Source: Vicugna vicugna (Eukaryota). From it: 64,000 nt of DNA. The stretch spans positions 1,923,690 to 1,987,689 of the forward strand of contig MU058384.1 of the NCBI GenBank assembly GCA_013265495.1, given 5' to 3'. Under the pieces are notes generated by a model. It worked only from the letters and a program-made list of their open reading frames with translations. It had not been told where the DNA came from and ran no database searches. Shown piece after piece: positions 25,900 through 39,449 of the stretch. The stretch's first letter is position 1; each line of letters begins with the position of its first letter. A program made the position numbers and the translations under genes.

Positions 25900-26135
25900 G
25901 ATGATGGAGTTGACAGAGAACCTGTACTGAGTGCTCACCAAGGGCCTGGCACTGTGCTAGGAGGCTGCACAAATTAGTTCATTTAACCCTCACAACCACC
26001 CTATAAGGTAGGCATTATTCTTATTCCCACGTCAGAGAGGAGGAACTGAAGCTCAGAGAGCTGGAGGAGCTGGCCCAAGTTCACGAAGATAGTAAGTAGC
26101 AAAGTCCAGACTTGAATTCATATCTGACTCTTAAC
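25900..26135 (-). mobile_element. MIR SINE
   Basis: catttaaccctcacaaccaccctataaggtaggcattattcttattccc...gaggaactgaagctcagagag. Confidence 0.8.
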
Positions 26136-27149
26136 CTCCAGACTACCTCATGGGAATTCCCGGCCTGGACTGAGTCTCTAGATTTCTTTCAGTTACTATT
26201 ATATGTTGTCCTAAATACAGAGAATTTAAAATTTCTAAATTCTAGTGTTGTGAGTTCAAACAAAAAGTAGATTCCTGAGAGAACAGTCACCTGTGGTTCC
26301 AAGTGGTAAAGAAGCACCAAAAGAAATTTCAAACTAGATAAATCTTAATACACTATTAATACCAAACAAAAACATCTTTTGGAAAAGTCAGGGAACTGAG
26401 GCTGGCGCTGGAGGCTGGGGAGGGCAGTGAGGGGGCAAGGGCGGGGGAAGGGAGTGACAATCCACACGGTCCACCACTGGAAATAACACGTATAATCAGC
26501 TGCAGCCTGGAATCCTGTGGCCTGGAACGCGGCCTTTCTACTGGAGTTGCAAGTGCTTTAAGAAATGCATGGTTGAAACTCTGACAGAAGAAATGACTGA
26601 TGCTGGCTTGCTGTAGGAAAGACTGCACAGACTTCTCCAAGATGAGGCAACAAAAGTACTGACTCCGGTCAAGGCCCCACCTGTGGCACTGGCTTGTCTG
26701 GAGCAGATAAAACACCCCGATCTTCATATTGTACCATCGACAGTTAAACTTCACAAGATCTTTGTAGTGCGTGCCTAGTGTATCCACTATCTATTTGTGG
26801 ATGTGTATGTACTTAGGTGTGTACACACATACACACACATACACACACGCACACGCACACGCACAGAGTTCTTGGGCCTGTCTCAAGCCGAGAGAGAGAG
26901 GGGTCACGCAGCTCCCATCCTCACGGTCTTTAACGCTACCCTGAGAACGCCCAGGCTAGTCTAGTGGGAGGTGAAAGAATTTACAAGCAGGGATAAGCCA
27001 TTCTAGCCAAGGTCTGCCAGCTGCTAGACGCGTGTGAGAGGCCATCCCAACCAACCAGCCCACAGAACTGTGAGAAGTTATAAATCATCACAGTTTTAAA
27101 CCACTAAGTTTCAAAGTGGTTTGCCCTATAAAAAAGGCTAAAAGACATA

Positions 27150-28640
27150 GGGGAGTAGATGAAACTCTAGCAAATGAATGAATGAGACCACTTCCCACAA
27201 ATTCATCTCCCTTTCCCTGCTGAGAAAGATAAAACAGAAAATAGTATCCATGAAACAAGGACAGGATGCTATTAAAAAGAACTTTTGGAAATGACAAATA
27301 TGAGAACAGAAAATCTTAAACTCAGTAAAAATACTGGACTATAAAGTCAAGGAAACCTTCCAGAAAACAGAATTAAGAATAAAAAAATGAACAACAGGGC
27401 CAAAAACATATGTAATAAAGGATTTCCCCCACCTCTAAAAAAGCAGGGGGGGTAGGGGGAAGCAGTCTAAGAGATCCAACATCTGATTAATTGTTCTACA
27501 GAATTAAAAAAAAAAAAGGGAAGAAATCATCAAAGAAATAAATCAAAAGAAAATTTCCCCAATCTGAAGACTACAAGTTTACAAAATCAAAAAGCCAAGA
27601 AAGCATCCTGCACAATGAATGGGAAAAAAAAAAAAAAAAAGACAGAGAGTGAGAGTGAGAGAGCGAGAGAGAGAGAGACATCATGGTGAAACTTTAGAAT
27701 ACTAGATACAGAAAATCTAAAAACCTCTGGAGGATAAGAAAGGGGAATAAAGAACAGGAATAAGAATAATATTAGATTTCTCAATTGCAGCATTGGAAGA
27801 CAGGAGACAGGGAAGAAACGCCTTCAAAATTCCAAGGGGAAAATATTTATAACTTGGAAGACTATACCCAGTCAACCAGCAATCAAGTGTGAAAATAGAA
27901 TCAAGATATTATCAGCCTTTCAAAATCTCAAAACATCTATTTCCATGCTCTCTCTCTCAGAAAGCTCCTAGGGGATACTTCTTAACAAACTGAGGAAATT
28001 AACTGAGAAAAAAGAAAGATCTAGGAAACAAAGATAAAAAAAAAATAGGAAAAAGATGAAGGAATCCTGGAAGGACATCTATGTACAGCAGGTATTAAGT
28101 GCACCAGGTGCAGGAAAATGAAAGGTTCCATGAGGGAAATTTCTAGGAAAAAAATCATAAAATGTCTGATAGGCATGTGGAAATGTTTTTGAAAGGCGAT
28201 GTGAAAAGCTACTGAAGAGTTAGAACCACCAGCCAAAGCTTCAAAAAAGGCTAAGCAAATGAAAACATGAAGCAATTAATAACTTTGATAAAAACAAAAG
28301 GTGTCCTAGAACATATGGTATTCTATATACAAAATACATCTACAGTTCTTGGCTCAGCACTAAATATTTACATACTCATAGTAGCGAAAGTATTAAGGAC
28401 TTAACTAAGAATTGTGATGTATTATCCTGAGAGAAAGGGTAAGATGCAAGAAAGCATAGTCAACCACCTTAAAAGTAAGTCAACAGGTAATATCTAAAAT
28501 TGAAGAATAAAGATAATTTTAAAACTATGATGGTAAAAACCCGAAGAACCAGTTAAGATCTGAAAGTGTCTCTGGGAAGTGAGACAGCAGGGGTTGGGGG
28601 GAAGATGTATCATTTTTACTACGGGCTTTTTTAGCACACT
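27150..28640 (+). mobile_element. Old L1/HAL1 ORF1-like remnant
   Basis: A-rich; gaaacgccttcaaaattccaaggggaaaatattt...ctatacccagtcaaccagcaatcaagtgtgaa resembles the L1 ORF1 C-terminal region. Confidence 0.6.
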
Positions 28641-29366
28641 TTCAAAGTCAGAAACAGGTTATATGTCATGCATCCCATCTTTGTTTAAATTCAATAGTTT
28701 TATATGAATTGACAGAGTCCTCTGTCAACTGACCAACCCCCTGTCATCAATTTATGGCTGAAATGTCCCGGTCTTTGTGTGTTATCCACAGCACCAATCA
28801 TCTCCCTACCCCTCACCACCAGGGTAATATCTGAGCTTTCAATAGCCCTCCATTTTCCTTCTGCAGCTATCAGGTAAGTCTCATCTTTCATAACTTTCAA
28901 GAGTAATTCAACTAATCTAAAAACACGTTGGCCCTCTCTGACCCCGCCTTTCCCTCACTGCGTTGTGTTCACAAGGATCAAAGAGAATACACACCTTGCT
29001 GGGCACATTAACACAGGTTTCAAAGGCAACTATTTGACAGCAAGTAAAACATTTATGCAGTTCCTTCTCTAAATTTCCCTCCAATTATGAAAAACTATAC
29101 ACCAGGAATCCTCTCTCGAAATTACAGCAAAACAAAAACATCAGATTACCCACCGGGACAATTGTACTTGGTACAGGGACATCAGAGTAAAGGACACCAC
29201 CTCCACCACCTCAACCGGCAGAGGTGAAACATTCAAATGTTAGCTAGCTCCTGACTAGGACAAAAAACACCGTCGGTTCAAATTAAGCCAAAACAGAGCA
29301 ATCCCTTCTTGTTCGCTTTCCACTCCTCACAAACAGAAAACAGGCAAGGTGAATGAACACCTGTAC

Positions 29367-30407
29367 CTTGAAGGTGACAGGGAACATCGTACTCGATCTC
29401 ATCGTGTCTCGAAGGGCTTAAGAACAGAGTCCCGTCCACCAGTGGGAACTGCTCGAACACCGGCAGCGCCCGGTGGCACAGGGCGCAGTTCACCACGTTT
29501 CTGTGGCTGGCGCTGAGGGCCGCGAGGATGAACTTCCGCAGATCCTCGCCCTGGCCCATCTGGGCATCGTCCTCCATCCGCACGTGGAAAGTGTTCAGCT
29601 TATGCCGGGGGATGTGAGCGAGCAGCTCCGAGAGGTCGAGGCGCCGCAGGAACTGCACGGGGGTGTCAAAGTGGCCCCCCCTGTGAACCGACAACCCCGC
29701 CGGGCTGTAGTCAAAGTGGGCGTTTCGGAACACATGGCCCCCGGCCAGGGCCTTTTTGTGAGGCTCCAGGTGGATGGCGTTCTTTAAGAACTCCCCGAGG
29801 TACCTGGAGGAGCGGGGGCCGCTGAAGTGGGCAGGGGAGAGGATGGAGTAGCCAGTGGGCGGGGACTGGCCCGGGGAGCCGCAGGGGGACCGGGCGCCGT
29901 ACGCCGCAGCCCCCACGGCTTTCTCCTGGGAGTTCTGCCGGTCCATGGAATGCCGGCGGGGGAGGTCGTGGGCCAGGCCTTTCTGAGGCTTGGTGGGCGG
30001 CCGGCACTTTTTTGCCTCCTCTACCGCCTCGCCGGGGGGCCTCCCCGTGTTCTTCTCCGACCCCGACTTCTTCTTCTTCTCATCCTGCATCCGCTTCACC
30101 TGGTACCAGTCTGTGTCCTTCTTCAGGTGGCCCTGGCCGCAGCGGCAGGAGCAGAAGCGGAAGGCCAGGTCGTAGCCCTTCTTAGTCCACATGTTCTGGC
30201 GGCACTGCTTCTCGTTCCAGCTGCGGGCCCGGCCGATGCAGTTGAACTGGACCAGGATGCTGCTCTCCCACTCGTAGAAGCACTGCAGGTGCATCCAGGT
30301 GCTGTAGGGGCAGTGCTCGTTGTTGCACACCACCTTCTGGTAGTCGTCCTTCTCCAGGTCCACTGGCCTCCCGAAGCTGCAGATCAGGGGCGTCGCACAA
30401 GGCGCTT
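29367..30407 (-). CDS. HECA: HECA coding exon 2 (1041 bp)
   Basis: Acceptor ttctccccag|AAGCG, donor CAAG|gtacag. Encodes (E)APCATPLICSFGRPVDLEKDDYQKVVCNNEHCP...EIEYDVPCHLQ(G), including the Cys-rich headcase N-terminal domain. Confidence 0.98.
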
Positions 30408-30850
30408 CTGGGGAGAAGCACAGAGAGAGAATCAGCGCGCAGGAGGAGGGATTCCAGCCGACACCGCGTCACAGATCAAAGCTACCATCCCGCCTGGGCC
30501 CATTCACGCCAAAGGTATGATTTTCCTGGGGTCAAGATTTCCACTACTGGAATAACACCAGGCAGGATTAGAAAACACTGTTTTCTTCTGGTGTGATGTT
30601 GTGCCAAGGGAATTCATTTTCTGGTATTTGTTATCTGCTGAAAAACATACCAATAAGCTTCAAAAAGTCCAAATCTTTCACGGGACAATTAGCTGTACAT
30701 CAGTACTTGCAACAGTGTAATAGGAGGTCTTCCCGAGACGTGGATGTGATGACCGGCAGTTTCAGGGTTCTTTAAAAATGAATCACTCCAGTGAACTAGG
30801 AAATATGATGGAGCTACTTAACCAAGGTGATAGCTCCCAAAGGGCTCTCA

Positions 30851-30851
<1 letters not shown>

Positions 30852-30889
<38 letters not shown>
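30852..30889. repeat. Poly(A)38 tract (U38 in the HECA pre-mRNA)
   Basis: Uninterrupted mononucleotide run. Confidence 0.9.
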
Positions 30890-30890
<1 letters not shown>

Positions 30891-31298
30891 AGGTGCACAC
30901 AGAATTCCACTGCCAGGTCATGAAGGGAAAAAACAATCCTTCTTAATCTATCAGGACAGAAAGCAGGAATACCAAGATATCTCTACCCTAGTTAACCACA
31001 TGCCCCACAGGGCACCCAGAAGGCTAAGCAGGTTCCCAGAAAGGAGGTAAAACCTGGTAACACAGAGTAGAACTCATTTCTTGAGAAGTGGATAGTATTT
31101 ATAAAGATTTGGAATTCCACTGGATTCCTGTTACTTCAACATCCATAACATCTTCAGAAGGCCTCTCTGGAGGGCAGCACTACGCCCAGTGGGAGCTGCT
31201 GGGCTTGATCACAAAGGTTCCCCGTGCCAAGCTCATGTTAGACTTTAACTGTCCTAGCTGAGAAGCTAGATGAGGACCTTGAGTGGAGTTGTTTAGAA

Positions 31299-31315
31299 GC
31301 TCCCCCTAGTGGCAG
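31299..31315 (-). promoter_or_regulatory. Candidate CTCF motif
   Basis: Minus strand ctgCCACTAGGGGGAGC, close to the CCASYAGRKGGCRS core. Motif match only. Confidence 0.45.
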
Positions 31316-31772
31316 TGTGGCAGGCAAGGCTACAGGCAGGAAGACTAGGCTGGGGTAGGGGTGCAAAGGGGAGGCTGCAGTGATCCAGGGGACAGATGAG
31401 CCTAGATGAGCGCAGAGTTGGTGGGCAGATGCTGGCCGGCAGCGAACATGGGAGGGCAGGGTGGGCCACCCTGTTTCGGACCTGCTGAACTTACTGTGTC
31501 TGTGCACCACGGAGGTAGAGAAAGACACAACTGCAGCTCAAGATTTGGAGAAGAGAGCGAATCCCTGGACAGAGGGGCCTGCCCAAGAGGAGTGTGAAGA
31601 GTGGAAAAGAATCCTGGGAAGCAAGACTGAAAGGCTGGAGAAGAGTCCTCCACAGAGACTGGCAAAAGAGGAACTGAGAATTCACTGGAAGACAAGTCAG
31701 GAGAAAATTATAAGGCCACTGGTAAAGCTGTAAGAATAAAGGGCTGTGAAATGCCCCAGAGCGACAGGAAGA

Positions 31773-31976
31773 TAGGTGCTTCTCAACCTCTGCACTGCTG
31801 ATATTTGGGGCTGGATATTCTTGGCTGTGGGAGTTGTCCTGTGCACTGTTAAGAGGTTTAGCACATCTCCGCTAGATGCCAGTGACATCACCCTCCTTGA
31901 CTGTGACACTCTAAATGTCTCCAGGCATCGCCAGTCGCCCCTGGGGTCAACATGGCCCCTAACTGAGAACTACTGG
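31773..31976. mobile_element. MER20-like hAT-Charlie MITE
   Basis: ttctcaacctctgcactgctgatatttggggctggat...aaatgtctccaggcatcgccag...tgagaactactg. Confidence 0.85.
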
Positions 31977-34900
31977 GTAAGATAAAGACTGAAAAGTCCT
32001 CACCAGCATGAGCAGTGAGCCGATCACTGACATTCAGTAAGGACAGTCCCACGGGGGTGACGGGGGACAGGTCAGAGGAGGATGGTAAGGAGCGGATGGT
32101 GAAGTAAACAAAGCAGAAGCAGTACTGGTGACCTTCTAGAAAACTCCTTCCAGAGGAATAACTGTAGAAGGAAGGAAAGAGTGGGCAGAGGACAGCAAAG
32201 GCTAATACCTACAAGCATGTTCATCAACTGGGGGACTGAGTGCCAAAAAGTCAGGACAGCCTGAAGATGCAGGAGAGGGAACAAGCTATGCAAGTCCCCC
32301 GAGCCCTCACAGCCTCCCCACTGGCCACTGATGACAAACACAACATGCCACCAAAATGAAGCGGCATGGCTGATGGGACCCACAGAGCCTATAACTCTGC
32401 ATGTTACGGTTTCCCTTCAATGTGGGGTTCCAGGGCCTCAGCAAAATGGCCCTGCCCAACCTGTCTACACCCGTAGCTTCCCCTTCTAACTCTTGGGAGC
32501 CCACAACCCTTAATCTTCACTTGTTCAAACCCCAGCCCCCTAGTGTAGCAATTCACGGCATGGACTCTGTAACCAGACTGCCCCAGTTCGAATTCCAGCA
32601 GTATCACTGAAGAGCTGTGCACTCTTGGACAAGTTACTTCACTTCTCTGTGTCAGCTCCCCCTACGTAAAATGCAGGTAACCACAGAATGTATGGTTCTT
32701 ACAAGGATGAAACATACTGATCCAGGGGCGGGGCTGAGAGCACGGCCTGGCTCAGAGCAAACCTCCTCGCCTTCCTCCCATTCCTCAAAGCCCGCCTCTA
32801 GATGCCAGTTTCACCAGGTCTCCCCTCTTCTCCTGCATCCTGACCTCCCCACCCCCAGCAAAGTTCTGGGTCTGAACCTTACTATAGTCCCCACTGTGAT
32901 TCCTAGCGGGTGATGACTCAGCAGAGGATGCCTATTACTCATCTCTGTGTCCCTTGTACCACTGCGCTCAGGCCTTGCATACATCTAGTGCTGAATAAAG
33001 TTGCATTAAAAAAGACACCGGGTGCATGAAACACATACATGGCAAGCAGAGCAGAAGGAATCTGTAATCTTAGGCAGAAAGACCTAAACATAGGGAAGCA
33101 CACTGAAGAGAAGTAGAAGGGTACTGTGTACACTGAGTAAATTGACTACAGTCACCTGGGCTGTGAGACCTTCAGTGTCTTAAAACGTTAACTGGTCAGT
33201 TAAATGAAGTTCAGTTGCTTTTATCTTCAATCGTTCAGAGAACAGCCTTAAAGGGAGTGTCTCTGAAATGTAATGACAATAACCAAGGTTATATTAACCC
33301 AGGACTAAGGAAATCAAATTTAAAGAATGACCTAATAGTACAATATCCAAACTTTGAAATTTTAAATGCTGAGATTGACTTGATTTTTCTTTTAAGAATA
33401 TTTTCACATTAAAGAAAAGTAGACTAAGAAGGGAAAAATTCTACTTAAATTCTTTCAAAAAAGCTGCAAACACATCATTTAACCAGTCCTGAGCACGTCT
33501 ATGGACCAGGTCTTTGGAGCTAGAAAAACTGGCAAATCATGCCAAGAGCCCTAACAAAGTACATGCCCAGATCACAGAGGCAGCACAGCTCCGAGTCCCT
33601 GCCCCTCCAAGTCTGTCATCATCAAAGCCGTTCTCACCTGCTTTCTACCCTCCAGGACTCTGCAGTGAAGAGACTTACTCCAACTTGCCAGCTCTGCTAG
33701 CTTACACATCAGCCACTTTGATGTGGCCTTGTGGCTAGTCCTCAAAAACAAATACAAAGCCCAGGGCTATTTAACACCAAACATTGTGTGCAACAGACAG
33801 CTCACCCTGCTACAGACTCCAGCCTGAGAGCGGGGCTCTGAGGAACAGGGCGAGTAACAACCGAGCCTTGGGACCAGTGCGAGGGCTTCCAACAAGGCTT
33901 TTACATCAACACAGGCTTTTAACGAAGGCTTGGTTGGAAAGGCAGCTGGGACTGATGTGAGGAGTCTGGGTGCCGGTTCTGCTACTGACTAGTTGTTCGA
34001 CATGGAGTAGTTTCCTCATCCGTAAGTGAGGATAAAAATGCTTGCATTTACTAACCTCAAATACATGTGGAAACACTTTGTAAAGTTCCATAAAAACTCT
34101 TCTATGCTGCCTCCACCATAACTTTATTTCTGTTTTTCCTACTTTTCCTATCTAATGTTTTTGACACCCAGTAAGTGTTTAGAAAGTAAAGAAATTAATG
34201 ACGTCCATTACCTCTTTTTCAGTTTCTAAAGTCTTACAATTAACTAAAACATATAGGAAATGGTTTTTTAACTCTAAGAAACAGCACTGGTGGCATTCAA
34301 TAAATCACATCTATAACAAATTAGCTGTATTATGGAAACATTTGATTATTTCTTGAAAGCTGTCTCTACACTTACAAAAATCCCTTGCCCTTAAGAATAG
34401 CAGTCCCACAAAGGTACAAATGGAATACAGACTGATCTGATTCAATTAAACCTGTAAGGGGAGGTGGGGAGAAGGGAATCCCATATTCAAGGAAGGCCTG
34501 TGTGGCACACCTCTCTTGGGACATTGGTCTAAGCTGTGATAGCATGACTAACAAACAAAACGAGAAAAGATTCCTTTATACGAAGTCAGCGTGGTATTTA
34601 ATAATGTATATGAACACTCCAGTACCTGTTTCTACAGCTTCATCATCAAACATTCAGTACTCGGCTTCTGTTTCTCCCTGCCCAAGTGAAAATAATCAGG
34701 GCTCACCTCACTTTGAGCAAAAATCTCAAGGAGTTTCAAGTCTGGACAGTAAGATAACGAGGCTGACGTCACTTTGGCTAAATCTGTCACCCTCCCCCAC
34801 CTTCTCATCTGTATCCCTCTTCCCATCTCAGACCTCCATGCTCCCTCATCTGGGAAAAAGGAAGGATCTGACCATTGCCATTTATACTGGCTGCCCAACA

Positions 34901-35589
34901 AACCCAAAGCTCTTGACAAACTCATTCACACTAATAGGAACCTCCCAAACCAGAAACTGCCATTTTCAGCTTCACAACTGTGAAATTTAATGTTTTCACT
35001 GTTCTTAAGACAGTTTCAAACATCATAAGCAGATGGGGAGCTCGGCGGGGTAGAGCGGTGAGAAGGGTCTTCTGAAGACATATGAGGCTTTCAAGGCAAA
35101 ATCTAAGGTAGGAACTTGGTCATATGCATCCTCAAAACCCACTACTGTGAAAATCATACCAAGTGTCTAATAAATGTCTTGTTGAAGGCAAGGACGGCCC
35201 AACGGGATTTAGGACCCTACAGTGACTGAGTGCTGGAGGAGGGGAAGACGGGAAGGCGGGAAGGTGGTCCTGGGGAGCACAGCCCACTGCTCAGCTCTGC
35301 TGAGTCCTGAACAGGTCTTCTAGATTCAGCCCAGGACTTCTCTCTCAGGGCAGAGCCTGGCCCTCACCCTCACTTCCTCAAACTTACCATAATCTATTCT
35401 ACCCTCCTTCAGTACCCTGGTATCAAATGCAAAATTTAGGGTTTCTGAACAACTTTTTTTTTTTTAACGCGTCTGTTCCACACAGCAGTTCCTCTTACCC
35501 AGGAACACATCCCCTGTTTGCAGAGCAGGCTCTCCTCCAGGGATGATGCTTCTGACCAGAGGATCCTCATCCCCAGCTTCCTGAGAGGC

Positions 35590-35870
35590 CACAGAGTATG
35601 GTGATTGAGTACATGGACTCTGGAGCGAGCGAGCGAGCCAGCCAGCCAGCCAGCCAGCCCAGATTTGACTCTCAGACTAAAACTTGTTAGTTTTAAGACC
35701 TTTGACTTGTCACTTAACCTCCCTGTACTTCTGTATTTTTCACCTGCAAAACGGCAAAGATAAGAGTACCTACCTCAAAGGGCTGCCGTGAGAATTAAAG
35801 GAGTTACTAAGGCAGTTTGAACAAGGCCTGGCACATAATGAGTACCATAAATATAAGCAATTATCATTAG
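35590..35870 (+). mobile_element. MIR SINE with an internal (GAGC)/(CAGC) tetranucleotide run
   Basis: tcacttaacctccctgtacttctgt...cacctgcaaaacgg...gtacctacctcaaagggctgccgtgagaattaaa...gcctggcacataatgagtac. Confidence 0.75.
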
Positions 35871-38080
35871 AAGCCTTAGCACTTCATACTGTTTGATGTA
35901 AAAGCCAAAGGACTTTGAATGTGTTTAGAGCAAAGCTACAACCAGAAGTGACCATCCTCGTTCCTCTACACAGAAGTAAGTGCAAGAAATGTACTGCGTG
36001 CCCACAGCAAACCAAGCAGGGTGCATGCCCAAAATAACTCACTAAATATTTACTGACAAGTTTTAAAGAAGCAGAAGGAAAATTCAGTCCTTCTAACCCC
36101 TAAAGCTGTTCTACTTGGTGTCAGACAAATAAGTACCTCTCTGTATGTATTTTTCAACCTACACGATCTCTTCTAAGCCTAGGTAACAGATTCATAAAGC
36201 ATGGCTGCATTTGATTCATGGGATGTGTTTCTGAAAGACCTACATAATTCAAGACTGATTATCCCACAGTCTGGGGGTATGTATGGGGAATGCATCCTCA
36301 GAACACATAAATCTGTAGTCACAGGGTTGTATTTTTGCTTTACTGGTGCTTTTTAATATCAGCATTATCTCTAATATCTCTCAGTTGTACCTCATAAATT
36401 GACAGCATGGCATATCATAGTGTTTTATCACATTTCGGTTCCAAATTTATAGATTGTCAGGATGTTTTTCAGCACCAGTATTAGCACATTTGGATATTTT
36501 GAAAGCTATAATAAAGATTTAAACTATAAGTTAATTTAAAAATAATAACACAAATGTCACCAAAATCCATGAAGATATTCTACAAACAAGAGTTCACATA
36601 ATATTGCCAAGGGTTAGTATGTGTATCTCTTTATAAGAAAAGGTAATGACATTGGGTAACAAAACATTTTTATAATTCAGTTGACCTGCTGGCTTTGAAA
36701 ATATGAGATGGCTTGATGCATAATTTGGGGGAATGTGTCTGTTGAAATTCTGCACATAACATGACGCTTTTATTATTATTTATGTGTCATTACTTGAAAT
36801 TTGCATAATTCAATTTGCATATAATGGGATCACACTGTACTAGGAAATAAATTAGCAGGTTGTCTTTTCTCCAGCTAAGAGATTTAGATCTTGAGGGTGT
36901 TGGATCATGGAGAACTACACGGCACCCCAGCATTTCACATACTCATCGTGAAGGAACGGTAGGTCCAGGAGCTGTCTGAACCAAACCACAATACCACAGG
37001 ATGGGAACAGAACTGCAGACTAAGTACATGCGTATGTGCACCAGTGTGTGCAATGTGCCCGTATGTGTGCATATATATATATAACTGCAGAGAAACTACC
37101 CAGTGTTAAACTAGCCCATTTTTAAAGACTCCAGAAAAGACTTCATCCTCCAGTACTATAATTCAATTTTAAAGCATTTTCCCTCTTGTGAGACACAAGA
37201 GAGCTTGACTTTGATTATGCTTGTCAATGTCCACCCCTTTGCCTGCACAAATATACAAAATATGGCCATAATCAAAACTTCTAAATCATGTTTTTATATG
37301 TAATTCCCATTTACCACCTAAGTTATAAGCACGGTATCCCCAAAATGTCAGCCTACTTCTCTACTGGTGCACCCAGAATGGTGCCTAGAGAGCAAAGGCC
37401 GTAGTGGAGCTGGCCCCTCCCTTTGCCTCTGGATTCCCAATGGTCTCAGCTGAAAGAAAAATGGCTTCATCTGCCCTCTAGTCTGTCCAACAGGTAAAAA
37501 CATACTGCATGACTGGCAACAAGGGTCATCTGCAGACCAGGCACCTGTCAGAGAATACAATCCAGAACTCACTGCTGTTTAATATCTTCCAAAAGCTCAA
37601 CTAAGAGAAACAATTTTTAAGAAAGATTTCACAGATAATGGCCACACACTCCTCTAGCTCCAGTGGGGTGGTCTGGCCTGTGTAAATCTTACTAAGCCAG
37701 TACAAGGACTTTTGTTATGAAATGTAAATGCCTTTCAGGTGCATTGTGCCCTCCCTGGATCATCCGGACCTCCACCCCAGCCCCATGCATATACTTACTC
37801 AGGTGCCAGGACCCTGAAGGCATTTGGGTGTGTGACCCCTGTGCTGGATAAGAGCTATCTCTCAGTTAAGCCAGGCGTCAAGAACTGGCTACCTGGACCA
37901 TATTGTTTTATTCCTTGGTTGGACTGATTTTAATGGCATGAGCAGGCCTAATAAATTTGTTTTATTTAGGAAAGGATATCGTCATGCACATTGCTCAGTA
38001 TTTTATAATGTCTTATAAGTAGCTAAGTGTCTGGTTTTGTTTTGTTTTTAATCTGACGGACACTGTAGAGAATAATAAAA

Positions 38081-38288
38081 AAAGCAGCAGACTCACAAAT
38101 ACAGAGAATAAACTAGTGGTTACCAGTGGTGGTGGTGGGGCAACATAGGGGTAGGGGAGTGGAAGGTACAAACTACTGGGTGTAAGATAGGCTACAAGGA
38201 TGTATTGTATAACACAGGGAACATAGCCAATATTTTGTAATAACTGTAAATGGAAAATAACCCTTAGAAATCATTAAAATTTTTTAAA
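38081..38288 (+). mobile_element. L1 3'UTR fragment
   Basis: agactcacaaatacagagaataaactagtggttaccagtgg...aacacagggaacatagccaatattttgtaataactg. Confidence 0.8.
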
Positions 38289-39449
38289 GGGGAGTTACAC
38301 TTTTGCTAACCAAGTTCTTTAACAGTTAAACTTTAACTTCAAGATCCATTGTGAGCCCCAATCATTTTGGCAATTACAATTGCCAATAAACAACTGTTTG
38401 CTTTATGGGTTGCCCTTTCTTGTATCATTCTTTGAATATTGGCCAGCTTGGTGTTAAGCACTGTAGGAATCTGTCATCACCTTTTGGAATTCTCACCACA
38501 TTTTCTAAGACAGTAATCAGCCCTTGCCTCCCTGCTTGGCATCAATGCAGATGCAGTGAGCATCTTCTCCTTGCAGTGACCAAGGGTTTTAAAGCTTGCC
38601 AGTCTAGCAGGCTTGCTTCATCATTTTTTCAGACACTGGAGTGAAAAAGAATGATGAAAAAACAGAAAAACATAAACGCGTAAGTATCTGGAACCAGGAT
38701 ATATTGATAACACTCTGTGCACAGATGTGATGCCATCAGTATCCCCAGTTTCCTCCTCTCTGCCCCTGGAATGAAGCGGAGAACATCAGTACAGTACATG
38801 ACAACCCCGAATTTCTTCCACCATCACAACTGATCATGAAAATGGTAAGTTTGTTATCTGCAAATATTATGGATTTGAGGCCAGATTTTTTTGAATCAGC
38901 ATGTGCTGATAAGCAGGCTTAACACCAGTTCACTAGGTCTGACACACTAAAATCTTCTAAATCTTTACAATAAAGTCAAACACAGGATAGTGTAAGTACT
39001 TGACTAGAGGTTACTAGAGATCAGGACATCTGCAAAACAGTACAATAGTTACATTCTCAAAATGCTTTAGAAACAAACTATGCAGATAAACTTCAGATAG
39101 GAAATATTTCAGAGTGATCTGGTCTCTGAATAAGGCAGTTTTCTTAGCAGGTGTATTATACATAATTCCCTTTAAAAAAAGTCTTCAAATTTTCCAGGAC
39201 ACTAATAAACACTCATTTGGGTAAATGTATGTTTTAACAGCCATCATTTAATAGAGACTCTGTTCTAGGAGACATAAGAAAAACACTAGGGTTTGTCTTA
39301 AGGGTTAAACACTTACTATGGAAGAAAGAAAATACATGGGGTCTCTGAAAATCAGCCAATTACAAGTCAGTTCAAATGTTTTTGAACACCTGTTATGTGC
39401 CCAGTGCAGAGCTTAAACAGGGGTTGCAAATGATGAATAAGATCGTAAG

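Noticed and set aside
26356..26787. 143-aa minus-strand ORF in intron 2 as an extra HECA exon
   Set aside because: Exons 2 and 3 already join in frame to give the known protein; no recognisable similarity.
29278..29366. ORF extension past exon 2 (TGVHSPCLF...)
   Set aside because: Intron read-through beyond the GT donor; HECA similarity continues in exon 3.
29827..30555. 242-aa plus-strand ORF
   Set aside because: Antisense shadow of GC3-rich HECA exon 2; non-ATG start; no recognisable protein.
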